Assembly: GCA_965204735.1 (NCBI GenBank)
Contig: OZ242008.1
Location: 928,001 to 992,000, forward strand
DNA: 64,000 nt
From: Longimicrobiales bacterium
GTDB lineage: Bacteria > Gemmatimonadota > Gemmatimonadetes > Longimicrobiales > Gaopeijiaceae
Direction: 5' to 3'
Of this stretch, positions 19,586 to 29,485 are shown in pieces (position 1 is the first letter of the stretch; each line of letters begins with the position of its first letter). The translations under genes were made by a program, and so were the position numbers. The notes under the pieces were generated by a model. That model saw only the letters and a list, made by a program, of their open reading frames with translations, was not told the origin of the DNA and did no database searches.

Positions 19586-19813
19586 GGGGACGCTTCTCGA
19601 TCACCGGGCGCTTCCCAGCTCAATCACGGGCACTTCCCTGCAAGAGTTGCCGCCTGCCCAACTGCCGCCGAACCCACCAATTTCCACCGAACAGTCGGAA
19701 ACGGCAAGCCTTGCCCTGCCTTTCGGGCGGCGGCTATCGTTGCGGGTCCAGCCGGGGGGCCGGCAGGGGGCCGGCGGGTCGGGGCGCAAGTCGCAGGGAC
19801 AAGGAGTGGGCCA

Positions 19814-20284
19814 ATGTCGCGAGCCGGGAGTCTGGTCAAGGAGCTGGAGACGTCCCTCAAGTACTTCAAGGCCACGCTGGCCGTCTTCGAAGAGGGCGAT
19901 TCGGGGTTCGCGCCCCGGACCGAGCTGTACACCGTGGCGGGGCACGTCGCCCACACGGCGGACTCGGTGGAGTGGTTCGTCGAAGGGGCGTTCGGCCAGG
20001 GATGGAACACGGACTTCGAGGCGCTGATCGCCGCTGCCCGGGCCGTCGCGTCCTTGTCGGAGGCCGTCGAGTGGCTCGACCGGGCGTATGCGGGAGCGGT
20101 CGAGGCGGTCGGCGCCGCAAGCGACGAAGAGCTGGCCGAACCGATCCCCGACCGGCGGATCATGGCCGGAGCGCCTCGGGCGGCGATCGTCGGCGGCATC
20201 GTGGACCACACCGCCCACCACCGGGGCTCGCTTGCCGTTTACGCCCGACTTCTCGGCAAGACGCCGGCAATGCCTTACGGCTGA
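19814..20284 (+). CDS. DinB family protein
   Basis: RBS AAGGAG before the ATG; 'TVAGHVAH' and C-terminal 'DHTAHHRGSLAVYARLLG'. Confidence 0.85.
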   Translation: MSRAGSLVKELETSLKYFKATLAVFEEGDSGFAPRTELYTVAGHVAHTADSVEWFVEGAFGQGWNTDFEALIAAARAVASLSEAVEWLDRAYAGAVEAVGAASDEELAEPIPDRRIMAGAPRAAIVGGIVDHTAHHRGSLAVYARLLGKTPAMPYG

Positions 20285-20315
20285 TCAGGCGTCAGGCCGG
20301 GCCGGGACGGTTCGC

Positions 20316-21740
20316 CTACACCACCCAGTGCCCGATCAGGGCGCAGATGGGAACCGTGATCAGCGTCCGCAACAGGAAGACGGCCAGCAAGTCGCCGACG
20401 CCCAGCGGCAACTTCGACTTGAGCAGGAAAGCGCCCACTTCCGACATGTAGACGAGCTGGGTCGCCGACGCGCAGGCGACGACGAAGCGCGTCAGCTCGC
20501 TGTCGATTCCCTGGGCCAGGACGACCGGGAGGAACTGGTCGGCGAAGCCTACCAGGAGCGCCGGCGCCGCGGCGGCGGCCTCGGGCAACCGCAGGAGCTC
20601 GACGAACGGGATCAGCGGGTACGAGAGCCACTCGAAGAGCGGAGTGTGGTGGGCGACGGCCAGGGCCGAGGTCCCGACCACCATCACAAGAGGCATGAGC
20701 CCGAACCAGATGTCGAGGGTCGTTCCAGCGCTGCCGCGGGCCAGCGCCCTGGCGGAAGGCGCGCGGGCCGCCCGGGCGATGGCCAGCTCGACGGCTCGGG
20801 AGAGCGCGCCGCGGCCGGTCGGGGTCGCCTCGGGGGGCGGCGGCCCGGCGGGAGAGTAGCGGTCGCGCTTCCGGGAAAGGGGCGGGATGCGCGGCAAGAG
20901 CGCCGCCGCCGCAACTCCGCTGACGACCAGGGCGGCGTACACGAAGAAGAAGCGATGGCCCACGCCCGCCACGTCGGCGACCACCTTGGCGAACGCCACC
21001 GACACCACCGAGAAGCCGAGGGCGATCACCGACGCTTCCCGCTCGGTGTAGTAGCCTGCGTCGAACTGCTTCGTGGTGATGACCACGCCCACCGTCGAAG
21101 AGCCGAACCACGACGCTGCGCAATCCACGGCGGAGCGGCCCGGCAGCGTCAGCACGGGCCTGCACACTGGGCGCGCCAGCGTGCCGACGAACTCCATGAG
21201 GCCGAAGTCGGTCAGAAACGGCATCAGCGCCGACGCGACGAGGAAGACCGCGAAGATCACGGTCATCAGCTCCCGAAGGATCGTCCCGCCGGTGTCGGGC
21301 GATGCGAGCCACGTCGGTCCCGTGTCGAAGAGGACCATGCACGCGCCCGTCGCCGCCGCGACTCGCAGGAGCACGCCGGCAGGAGCGGCGACGAAGGCCC
21401 GGGACAGCTGGCTGGGCCGCTGCCTCCAGCGTGGGCGCATGACCAGTCCATAGGCGGATGCGACCGCCGAAAGGCAGAGAGTCGCCGCGACCAGCCATGG
21501 CAGGGCGCCCCCCAGCAGCGCCTTGACCCCGTCCACCACGATCCCGATCCCGATGTTCAGGCCGTTGCCGGTGGGCAGCGGGGTCAGGAAGAAGAGGACG
21601 CCCAGCGACGACGGCAGCACGAAGCGCGCCAGGGATGGGGGTCTGGCGGGCCCCGACGGGGCGCCGGCGCGGGGACGGATCGGCGCGGAGGAGCGCCGGG
21701 CCCCGGAGCTGCCGGAGCCGGGCGGCGAGGAGTCGCTCAT
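20316..21740 (-). CDS. yjiH: YjiH family (nucleoside-recognition Gate domain) membrane transporter
   Basis: Polytopic; 'PFLTDFGLMEFVG', 'LPGRSAVDCAASWFG', 'YYTEREA', 'GFADQFLP', 'YMSEVG'. Confidence 0.85.
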   Translation of the reverse strand: MSDSSPPGSGSSGARRSSAPIRPRAGAPSGPARPPSLARFVLPSSLGVLFFLTPLPTGNGLNIGIGIVVDGVKALLGGALPWLVAATLCLSAVASAYGLVMRPRWRQRPSQLSRAFVAAPAGVLLRVAAATGACMVLFDTGPTWLASPDTGGTILRELMTVIFAVFLVASALMPFLTDFGLMEFVGTLARPVCRPVLTLPGRSAVDCAASWFGSSTVGVVITTKQFDAGYYTEREASVIALGFSVVSVAFAKVVADVAGVGHRFFFVYAALVVSGVAAAALLPRIPPLSRKRDRYSPAGPPPPEATPTGRGALSRAVELAIARAARAPSARALARGSAGTTLDIWFGLMPLVMVVGTSALAVAHHTPLFEWLSYPLIPFVELLRLPEAAAAAPALLVGFADQFLPVVLAQGIDSELTRFVVACASATQLVYMSEVGAFLLKSKLPLGVGDLLAVFLLRTLITVPICALIGHWVV

Positions 21741-21800
21741 GGGTTCGCTTCCAGGGACGAGGGCGACGCAATGGCTGGGACCCGCCTATATTGGGCGATC

Positions 21801-22589
21801 ATGATCTCGCTCGCAGGCCGGACCGCCGTGGTCACGGGGGCAGCCAAGGGCATCGGCGCCGCGTGCGCCCGGGCCTTCGCCGAGCACGGCGCCAATGTGG
21901 TGCTGGCCGACGTCCTTGCCGAACGCTGCTCCGAGACCGCCGCCGAGATCGCCGAAGCCACAGGCCGCGACACGCTGGCGGTCGAGGCCGACGTCGGCGA
22001 CGAAGGCGACTGCGCCCGAACGCTGGACGCCTGCACCGAACGGTTCGGGCAGTGCGACATCCTCCTCAACAACGCCGGGATCATCGTCTCGGGCTCGATC
22101 CTGGACGCCGATCCGGCCGACTTCGACCGGGTGCTGGCGGTGAACCTCCGGGGCCCGTTCATCCTCGGCCGGCTGGTCGCCCGCCACATGGTGGAGCGCC
22201 GAGTCGCCGGCACGATCATCAACATGTCGTCCACCAACGCCGTGGTGACGATCCCCAACCAGCTGGCCTACGCCGTCTCCAAGGGCGGAATCGCCCAGCT
22301 CACCAAGGTCATGGCCGTGGCGCTGGCGCCTCACGACATCCGAGTCAACGCCATCGGCCCCGGCACGATATCCACCGACATCGTCGACGCCGTCATCGAG
22401 GACGACGAGGCCCGGCGCACCGTGCTCTCCCGAACCCCGCTGGGACGGTTCGGCGACCCGGCGGAAGTGGCGCGGGTGGCCGTGTTCCTCGCCAGCGACT
22501 ACGCCTCGTACGTCACCGGCGACACGATCTATCCCGACGGCGGCCGGCTCTCCCTCAACTACACCGTTCCGCTGCGCCACGACGGCTAG
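21801..22589 (+). CDS. Short-chain dehydrogenase/reductase
   Basis: TGAAKGIG, NNAG and YAVSK motifs. Confidence 0.9.
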   Translation: MISLAGRTAVVTGAAKGIGAACARAFAEHGANVVLADVLAERCSETAAEIAEATGRDTLAVEADVGDEGDCARTLDACTERFGQCDILLNNAGIIVSGSILDADPADFDRVLAVNLRGPFILGRLVARHMVERRVAGTIINMSSTNAVVTIPNQLAYAVSKGGIAQLTKVMAVALAPHDIRVNAIGPGTISTDIVDAVIEDDEARRTVLSRTPLGRFGDPAEVARVAVFLASDYASYVTGDTIYPDGGRLSLNYTVPLRHDG

Positions 22590-22603
22590 GGCGCCCGCTT
22601 CCC

Positions 22604-25600
22604 ATGCCCAGAGCCCGACTGGCCATCGACATCGGGGGCACCTTCACGGACGTCGCGCTGGAGGCCGACGGCCGACTCTTCACCGTCAAGGCGCTTACCA
22701 CCCGCGCCGCGCCGGAACAGGGCGTCATGGCGGGCGTGGCCATGGCGATGCGGGCGTCGGCGGCTGGAGGGTCCGGCGTCGCCGCCCGGGCGGTCCGACC
22801 CGACGACGTGGGCTTGGCGATCCACGGCACGACCCTCGCCACCAATGCGATCATCGAGCGGAAGGGAGCGCGAACGGCCCTCTTGACCACGGCCGGGCAC
22901 CGCGACGCGCTGGAAATGGCCCACGAGAACCGCTTCGAGCAGTACGACGTCGGGGTGGACCGGCCGCCGCCGCTGGTGCCGCGTCGCCTGCGCTTGCCCG
23001 TGACGGAGCGGGTGGACAGGAACGGGCGCGTGCTGGTTCCCCTGGACGAGGCGTCGCTGCGGACGCTGCTCCCCATCTTGGACGACGCGGGGGTGGAAGC
23101 GGTGGCGGTGGGCTTCATTCACGGCTATGCGAACCCGAGTCACGAGCAGCGGGTGCGCGAGTTCCTGGCTGCGGAGCGTCCGCGAGTGGCGGTGACGCTG
23201 GCGTCGGAGGTGTGCCCGGAGGTGCGGGAGTACGAGCGGCTCTCGACGGCGTGCGCCAACGCCTACGTGCAGCCCCTCATGTCCCGCTACCTGAAGGGCC
23301 TCGCCGACTCGCTTCGGGAGGCGGGGTTCTCGTGTCCGTTCCTCCTCATGACCTCCAGCGGGGGACTCGCGACGCTGGCGACGGCCGTCGCGGCGCCGGT
23401 GCGGCTGGTGGAGTCGGGGCCTGCGGGCGGCGCGATCCTGGCCGCGCACTTGGCGCGGACCCTGGGGCTGGGCGACGTGCTCTCCTTCGACATGGGGGGC
23501 ACCACCGCAAAGCTGTGCATCGTCGACGGGGGAAGGCCGCTGACGTCGCGCACCTTCGAAGTCGCCCGCAGCTACCGCTTCCAGAAGGGCAGCGGTCTGC
23601 CAGTGCGGGTCCCGGTGATCGAGATGGTGGAGATTGGCGCGGGGGGCGGCTCCATAGCCGAAGTGGACGACCTGGGTCGAGTGCGGGTGGGGCCGGCGAG
23701 CGCCGGATCGGACCCGGGTCCGGCAGCGTACGGGATGGGCGGCGAGCGCCCCACCGTGACCGACGCCGACCTGACGCTGGGAAGGCTCGACCCGGCCCTC
23801 TTTGCGGGGGGCGCGATCCCGCTGGACGCCGGGGCGGCCGCTGCCGCCCTAGACGGGCACGTGGGGACCAAGCTCGGAATCGAAGCGGCGGCGGCTGCCC
23901 GAGCGATCGGCGAGGTGGTGGACGAGAACATGGCCAACGCCGCCAGGACCCACGCCGCGGAGTGGGGCAAGGCAATGGCCGGCCGGGCGCTGGTGGCGTT
24001 CGGGGGCGCGGCGCCGATCCATGCGGCGCGCCTGGCGGAGAAGCTGGAGATCGACCGGATCGTGGTGCCCCGCAACGCGGGCGTGGGCTCGGCCGTGGGC
24101 TTCCTGCTGGCGCCCATCTCGTACGAGGTCGTGCGCAGCCGGTACATGCGGCTCTCGCGCTTCGACGCCCCGCTGGTGTCGAAGGTCCTGGCCGAGATGC
24201 GGGCCGAAGCTGCGGAGGTGGTGTCGCAGGGCGCCCCGGGGGCCGTTGCCGACGAGCGGGCCCGCGCCTACATGCGCTACGCCGGCCAGGGACACGAAAT
24301 CGGCGTCGATCTTCCCGACGGAATCGAAGGCGAAGACGGCGGCCCGCTGCTGCGCGAAGCGTTCGACTGCGCCTACGAGGCGATGTTCGGCCGCACGATC
24401 CCCGGCCTCGACGTGGAGGTCCTGAGCTGGACGCTGGCGCTGGCGGCGGACGCGGACGACCACCAGCCGACGCCGGACCGCGCGCCGACGGGTGCGATGG
24501 ACGACCATTGGCCGACGGCGGAACGGGTGCCGACCGAGGGTCGCGTGCCGACGGACGACCGCGTGCGCTCCATAGGCCCCCTTCCGGCGAAGAGCCGCCT
24601 GCGCGCCGAGGCGACGCTCCCGGCGACCGTTGTAACAACCGCCTGGGCGACAGGCGCCGACCGAAGCGCGGTCCCCGTCGCGACGTACCGTCGCCGCGAG
24701 CTGACCCCGGGTGACCGCGTCGCGGGACCGGCCCTCGTGACCGAAGCTCAGACCACCACGGTCGTGCCGGCCGGCTTCCAGGCGGAGACGCTGCCCAGCG
24801 GCGACCTGCTGCTGGTGCGAGGCCGGCTCGCGAGGGACCAGCACGCCGCCGGCGTACAGGCGAGCCGGCCCGCCGCGACGCCGCCAACGCCTCCCGGAGC
24901 TGGGGCCACCGTCTCGCCCGGCCCGAGCGCCGGCACGTCGGACGCCTCGCCCACCAAGCCGGAGGCCGGAAGCGAGTCCCGAGGCGTCCTCGAGGGCCAG
25001 ATCATGTGGAGCCGGCTCCTGTCGGTCGTCGAAGAACAAGCCCGGACGCTGGTTCGGACCGCCTTCTCGACGCCGGTTCGGGAGGCGGGCGACCTCTCGG
25101 CGGGCGTCTTCGACGTGTCCGGACGGATGCTGGCCCAAGCAGTCACGGGCACGCCGGGACACGTCAACGCAATGGCCGAGTCGGTCGCCGAGTTCCTGGC
25201 CGAGTTCCCCGCCCACAAGCTCTCCGAGGGCGACGTGCTCGTCACCAACGACCCTTGGAAGGGCACCGGGCACCTCAACGACTTCACCGTCGTCACCCCC
25301 GCCTTCCACGGCGGACGGCTGGCGGCCCTCTTCGCCGCCACGAGCCACATCGCCGACGTGGGCGGACGAGGGTTCGGAGCGGACGCCGGCCAAGTGTACG
25401 AAGAGGGCATCCGCATCCCCATCGGCCACCTGATTCGCGACGGTCGGCTGGACGCCACTTTGATGCGCCTAGTGCGGGCCAACGTTCGCGAGCCCGACGT
25501 GGCCGAGGGCGACCTGCACTCGCTGGTGGCGTGCAACCGCACCGGGCGCCGGCGACTGTCGGCGATGATGACCGAGTTCGGAATCGACTCGATCGCGGCG

Positions 25601-26647
25601 CTGGCCGACTCGATCGTGGACACGTCCCGACGCTCGATGCTGGAGCGGATCGGTCGGCTGAAGCCGGGCGCCTACCGGAACAGAGCGACAATCGACGGCT
25701 ACGACAGCGACCTGGAGCTGCACTGCGCCTTGACCGTGTCGTCCGCCGGCATTCGGATCGACTTCGACGGATCCTCGCCGGTCTCGGAGTTCGGGATCAA
25801 CGTGCCCCTCACCTACACCCGCGCGTACGCGTCCTTCGGGGTCCGATGCATTGTGGGCCCGGACGTGCCCAACAACGCGGGCTCCCTCGGCGTCGTCGAA
25901 GTCGCGGCGCCTCCGGGCTCGCTCCTCGACGCGCCCTTTCCATCGGCGGTCTCGGCGCGTCATGCGGTCGGCCAGATGCTCCCCGACGTGGTGCTGGGAT
26001 GCCTGAGGCAGGCAATGGACGAACCGGTCCCGGCAGAAGGCGCGTCGTGCCTCTGGAACCCGGTCCTGATGGGCGGGCGAGGGCTCTCGGGCGGCGACTA
26101 CCGCGATTCGGCGCCGTTCGTGGTGAACCCCTTCCACACCGGGGGCACGGGGGCGCGCCCCGGCAAGGACGGGCTCTCGGCCACTGCATTCCCCTCGGGC
26201 GTCCGCAGCACCCCGGTCGAGATCACCGAGACGGTGGCCCCGTTGATCTTCTGGCGGAAGGAGTACGTCGCCGACTCCGGGGGTCCGGGGCAGTACCGGG
26301 GCGGGCTGGGCCAGGTCATGGAAGTTGCCCACGCCGACGGCGCCCCCTTCGCCGTCTCCAAGATGTTCGAGCGGATCAGGAACCCGGCCCGAGGTCGGGA
26401 CGGGGGCGCTCCGGGCGCTCCGGGCCGCGTGCGCGTGGTCGGCCCGCAGGGCGGCGAGCTGCGGGGCAAGGGCAAGGAAGTGGTCCCCCGCGGACACCGG
26501 CTGGTCATGGAGACTCCGGGCGGCGGTGGATTGGGAGACCCGCGCCGTCGGGACCCGGCAATGGTGGAACGGGACGTGCGGAACGGCTACGTGTCGGCGG
26601 AAGCGGCCGCCCGGGTCTATGGAGCGACGACGAAGGACGAGCCGTAG
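22604..26647 (+). CDS. Fused hydantoinase/oxoprolinase A+B (N-methylhydantoinase/5-oxoprolinase-like)
   Basis: A part: 'IDIGGTFTD', 'HGTTLATNA', 'ESGPAGG', 'DMGGTT'. Pro/Ala-rich linker. B part: 'RTAFS', 'NDPWKGTGHLND', 'TPGGGGLGDP'. Confidence 0.9.
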   Translation: MPRARLAIDIGGTFTDVALEADGRLFTVKALTTRAAPEQGVMAGVAMAMRASAAGGSGVAARAVRPDDVGLAIHGTTLATNAIIERKGARTALLTTAGHRDALEMAHENRFEQYDVGVDRPPPLVPRRLRLPVTERVDRNGRVLVPLDEASLRTLLPILDDAGVEAVAVGFIHGYANPSHEQRVREFLAAERPRVAVTLASEVCPEVREYERLSTACANAYVQPLMSRYLKGLADSLREAGFSCPFLLMTSSGGLATLATAVAAPVRLVESGPAGGAILAAHLARTLGLGDVLSFDMGGTTAKLCIVDGGRPLTSRTFEVARSYRFQKGSGLPVRVPVIEMVEIGAGGGSIAEVDDLGRVRVGPASAGSDPGPAAYGMGGERPTVTDADLTLGRLDPALFAGGAIPLDAGAAAAALDGHVGTKLGIEAAAAARAIGEVVDENMANAARTHAAEWGKAMAGRALVAFGGAAPIHAARLAEKLEIDRIVVPRNAGVGSAVGFLLAPISYEVVRSRYMRLSRFDAPLVSKVLAEMRAEAAEVVSQGAPGAVADERARAYMRYAGQGHEIGVDLPDGIEGEDGGPLLREAFDCAYEAMFGRTIPGLDVEVLSWTLALAADADDHQPTPDRAPTGAMDDHWPTAERVPTEGRVPTDDRVRSIGPLPAKSRLRAEATLPATVVTTAWATGADRSAVPVATYRRRELTPGDRVAGPALVTEAQTTTVVPAGFQAETLPSGDLLLVRGRLARDQHAAGVQASRPAATPPTPPGAGATVSPGPSAGTSDASPTKPEAGSESRGVLEGQIMWSRLLSVVEEQARTLVRTAFSTPVREAGDLSAGVFDVSGRMLAQAVTGTPGHVNAMAESVAEFLAEFPAHKLSEGDVLVTNDPWKGTGHLNDFTVVTPAFHGGRLAALFAATSHIADVGGRGFGADAGQVYEEGIRIPIGHLIRDGRLDATLMRLVRANVREPDVAEGDLHSLVACNRTGRRRLSAMMTEFGIDSIAALADSIVDTSRRSMLERIGRLKPGAYRNRATIDGYDSDLELHCALTVSSAGIRIDFDGSSPVSEFGINVPLTYTRAYASFGVRCIVGPDVPNNAGSLGVVEVAAPPGSLLDAPFPSAVSARHAVGQMLPDVVLGCLRQAMDEPVPAEGASCLWNPVLMGGRGLSGGDYRDSAPFVVNPFHTGGTGARPGKDGLSATAFPSGVRSTPVEITETVAPLIFWRKEYVADSGGPGQYRGGLGQVMEVAHADGAPFAVSKMFERIRNPARGRDGGAPGAPGRVRVVGPQGGELRGKGKEVVPRGHRLVMETPGGGGLGDPRRRDPAMVERDVRNGYVSAEAAARVYGATTKDEP

Positions 26648-26760
26648 CCGTCCGACGCCCCCGAGCCGTAGCCGTCCGACGCCCCCGAGCCGCAGCCGTC
26701 CGACGCCCCCGAGCCGCAGCCGTCCGACGCCCCCGAGCCATAGCTGTCCGACGCCCCCGA
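26638..26760. repeat. 24-bp tandem repeat x5 beginning in the last codons of the hydantoinase gene
   Basis: Unit CGAGCCGYAGCCGTCCGACGCCCC, five contiguous copies (the last with two substitutions), no spacers. Confidence 0.92.
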
Positions 26761-27007
26761 AACTGGTCGGGAGATCGGGAGCGCCAAGTCGGGGTGGGAG
26801 CGCCAGGTCGGGAGATCGGGAGTCCCGCTGCCAGGTGTAACATCCGCCCAGATCGTCGTATGAATGTCGCAGAGGGCGCCGACCGTCCGGTCGGAGAACG
26901 GGGCCGCTCGCCGTGAGAACGCTCGGCGGCGTGAGAGCGCCGACCGCTCGCCGCGAGAGTGCCGACCGCTCGGCGCCCGGGGCCTCGCCGCATGAAGGAG
27001 CAGCACG

Positions 27008-27826
27008 ATGAGCGCCGCATCCCCACGTCGGGTCAGGATCCTGGACTTCGCGCGTCGCAAGGAGGCGGGCGAGCCCATCGTCATGCTCACCGCCTACGAC
27101 GCCCTCTTCGCGTCGCTGCTGGACGCGGCGGGGGTGGACGCGATCCTGGTGGGCGACTCCCTCGCCACCGTCCTCTGCGGCAAGGAGACGACCCTTTCCG
27201 CCACGGTGGACCAGATGATCTACCACGGGCGCATCGTCCAGAGAGGGGTGCGACGGGCCTTGGTGGTCGTGGACATGCCGTTCATGAGCTACCAGGTGTC
27301 GCCCGAGGACGCGGTTCGGAACGCGGGACGCATCCTCAAGGAGACGGGGGCGGGCGCCGTCAAGCTGGAAGGGGGCGCGGAGGCGGCGCCGGCGGTCGAG
27401 GCCATCGTCGCGGCCGGGGTTCCGGTCATGGGACACCTGGGCTTCACGCCCCAGTCGGTGCACCAGATCGGGGGCGCGCGGGTCCAAGGACGGGCGGACG
27501 GAGCAGTGGAGAAGCTGGTCCGCGACGCCAAGGCGATCGAAGACGCAGGCGCGTTCTCGGTCCTCCTGGAACTCGTCGTCGGCCCCGTCGCCAAGGAGGT
27601 GACCGACGCCCTGCGCGTGCCCACCGTGGGCATCGGCGCGGGACCTCACTGCGACGGCCAGCTCCTGATCCTCCACGACATGCTGGGACTGAACGAAGGC
27701 TTCAGCCCTCGCTTCCTGAAGCGCTTCGCGGAACTCGGCGCCGAGGTGCGGTCGGCAGTCGGCCGATACGCGCAGGAAGTGCGCGAAGGGGTCTACCCTG
27801 AAGCCGACTATGTCCACTGGGAGTAG
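27008..27826 (+). CDS. panB: 3-methyl-2-oxobutanoate hydroxymethyltransferase
   Basis: 'MLTAYD', 'ILVGDSL', 'VVDMPFMSY', 'VKLEGG', 'GHLGFTPQS', 'GIGAG..DGQ'; RBS AAGGAG. Confidence 0.97.
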   Translation: MSAASPRRVRILDFARRKEAGEPIVMLTAYDALFASLLDAAGVDAILVGDSLATVLCGKETTLSATVDQMIYHGRIVQRGVRRALVVVDMPFMSYQVSPEDAVRNAGRILKETGAGAVKLEGGAEAAPAVEAIVAAGVPVMGHLGFTPQSVHQIGGARVQGRADGAVEKLVRDAKAIEDAGAFSVLLELVVGPVAKEVTDALRVPTVGIGAGPHCDGQLLILHDMLGLNEGFSPRFLKRFAELGAEVRSAVGRYAQEVREGVYPEADYVHWE

Positions 27827-28045
27827 CGGCGAGCGCCCCTCGATGCCGCCCGTCGGTCCTCACGTCTGCCTGAAGCCGACCACGTCCACTGGCAGGTAGC
27901 GACGAGCGCCCCCGTCGATGCCGTCCGTCGGTCCTCACGTCTGCCAGAAGCCGACCCACGTCCACCGGCAGGTAGCGACGAGCGCCCCCGTCGATGCCGC
28001 CCGACCGTCCTCACGTCCGCCCAGGTCATGTCCACCGGGAGTAGC
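27797..28045. repeat. About 72-76-bp imperfect tandem repeat (3 full copies plus a partial) that includes the 3' end of panB
   Basis: Units start at 27797, 27869, 27944 and about 28020: CCWGAAGCCGAC..GTCCACYGG..GTAGCGRCGAGCGCCCC..TCGATGCCG..GTCCTCACGTC. Confidence 0.9.
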
Positions 28046-28230
28046 TGACACAGGGCTGTCCGATTGACTATTTTGGATTTCTACTATCCAAAATGTCCCA
28101 TCGAATGTCCGTTGAACGTCCGTTCCGATGTCCCGCCTGGTGTCCGTGGATGTCCCGTTCGCATGTCCATCCGGAGCCGTTGTCCATCCGGAGCCGTTCG
28201 GATGTCGACCTAGAGCCGTTCGGGCCCCCG

Positions 28231-28674
28231 TCAGTTGTTCGGCGCCCCCGCCTCGATCCAGGCTCGGACGACCGCGATCTCGTTCTCGGGCACCGGGTCG
28301 CCTTCCTCGGGCATGTCGCCTTCGACGATCATCTCGAGGAGGAAGCTGTTCTCGGCGCTCCCCGCTTCGACGACGGACCCGAACTCGGAGCCGATCATCA
28401 CCCGCTCGTACTCCAGCAGGTTGAGGCCGGCTTCGGTGCGGGGCTTGCCGTCGTCCCCCACGGCACCGTGGCACTGGGCGCACCGCTCCATGAAGATCGG
28501 CAGGACGTCGTCGGCGAAGCTCACGGTGTCGGCGGCCGGGCTGGTGGACGCCACCGGCTGGGAAGCGGGGCTGGTCCCGGCGGCGAGGACGACGGCAACG
28601 GCGACGAGGGCCGGCACGCTCCGAGAAGCGCGCCCGCCCTGAAGAGCGCGGCCGGTGGACGGAGAGCGGATCAT
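28231..28674 (-). CDS. Planctomycete-type monoheme cytochrome c domain protein
   Basis: Signal-like N-terminus; 'VSFADDVLPIF..RCAQCHG' (CxxCH), 'GDMP', 'WIEAGA'. Confidence 0.85.
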   Translation of the reverse strand: MIRSPSTGRALQGGRASRSVPALVAVAVVLAAGTSPASQPVASTSPAADTVSFADDVLPIFMERCAQCHGAVGDDGKPRTEAGLNLLEYERVMIGSEFGSVVEAGSAENSFLLEMIVEGDMPEEGDPVPENEIAVVRAWIEAGAPNN

Positions 28675-28709
28675 GTCGGTGGGCCTCCCTTGGGGGCTTG
28701 TGCGAAGCG

Positions 28710-29357
28710 TCAGCCGATGCCCTCGGCCTTCATGAGAAGCTCCAGGTGCTGGGCCGCCTGGGCCAAGCCGCCTTCGCCCTCGCCCCAGGAGATGCGCCCG
28801 TTGCCGTCGGCGTCCATTCCGGACACGATGGCGTCGGCCATGGCGGCGATCTCCTCGGCCAGCGCGCGCGCCGCGTCCACGTCGGAGGCGGCTTCGACCT
28901 CGGCCGCCTTCTCCTGGATGCTTTGGGCCCAAGCCGCCACGTTCTCCGCCGCCGTCTTGACGTGGACCGAGTGCGCCTTGACCGCGTCCGACGCGTCGTC
29001 GGACTCGCCGGCCATGCCGATGTGCCGGGCCACGGCCTGCGCGGCCTTGACGAGCCCGTAGCCCTTCCCGGGACCGCGCTCGGCGCTGGCGTCCACGGCG
29101 TGGAGGACGTGCATGACGTGGCGCTTGATCCCGTCCAGGTCCGGCGCCGTTGCCGCCAGCTTCGCGTGCTGGGCCGCGATCTCGGCCTCGGCTTGGGCCG
29201 CCGCCAGCAAGCCCATGTTCTCCGGCGTGTCGTTCCACCGGTCAGCCACGTGGCCGACGTGCCGGTGGGCGGCGCTCTGGGCGGAAGCGGTTGCGGCGAA
29301 CCCCACCAGCAGGGTCGCGGTCAGCGCGGTCGTGACTGCCTTCTTCGAGTTGGCCAT
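28710..29357 (-). CDS. Secreted helical His/Ala-rich hypothetical protein with an EF-hand-like loop
   Basis: RBS AAGGAGG; signal peptide 'MANSKKAVTTALTATLLVGFAATASA'; 'DADGNGRISWGE'. Confidence 0.75.
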   Translation of the reverse strand: MANSKKAVTTALTATLLVGFAATASAQSAAHRHVGHVADRWNDTPENMGLLAAAQAEAEIAAQHAKLAATAPDLDGIKRHVMHVLHAVDASAERGPGKGYGLVKAAQAVARHIGMAGESDDASDAVKAHSVHVKTAAENVAAWAQSIQEKAAEVEAASDVDAARALAEEIAAMADAIVSGMDADGNGRISWGEGEGGLAQAAQHLELLMKAEGIG

Positions 29358-29485
29358 GGTTCCTCCTTGTCGGCCGGTCCAAGTTCCGGAAGCGTCATAA
29401 TTGCGGCAACCAAGGCGATCCGACAAGATGCACCGCTGGGCCGGCCCCCGCCCTCGCCACTCTCTCGCACGAAAACGGCAGCGCC

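Noticed and set aside
26638..26760. Possible CRISPR array (24-bp repeats)
   Set aside because: The units are contiguous with no unique spacers, and there are no cas genes in the window.
27797..28045. Possible CRISPR array with about 74-bp periodicity
   Set aside because: The whole unit is repeated, including the would-be spacer, and it derives from the panB 3' end.
28076..28090. Resemblance of 'ATTTCTACT' to a Cas12a repeat
   Set aside because: Single occurrence, forming the loop of a palindrome, with no array or cas gene.
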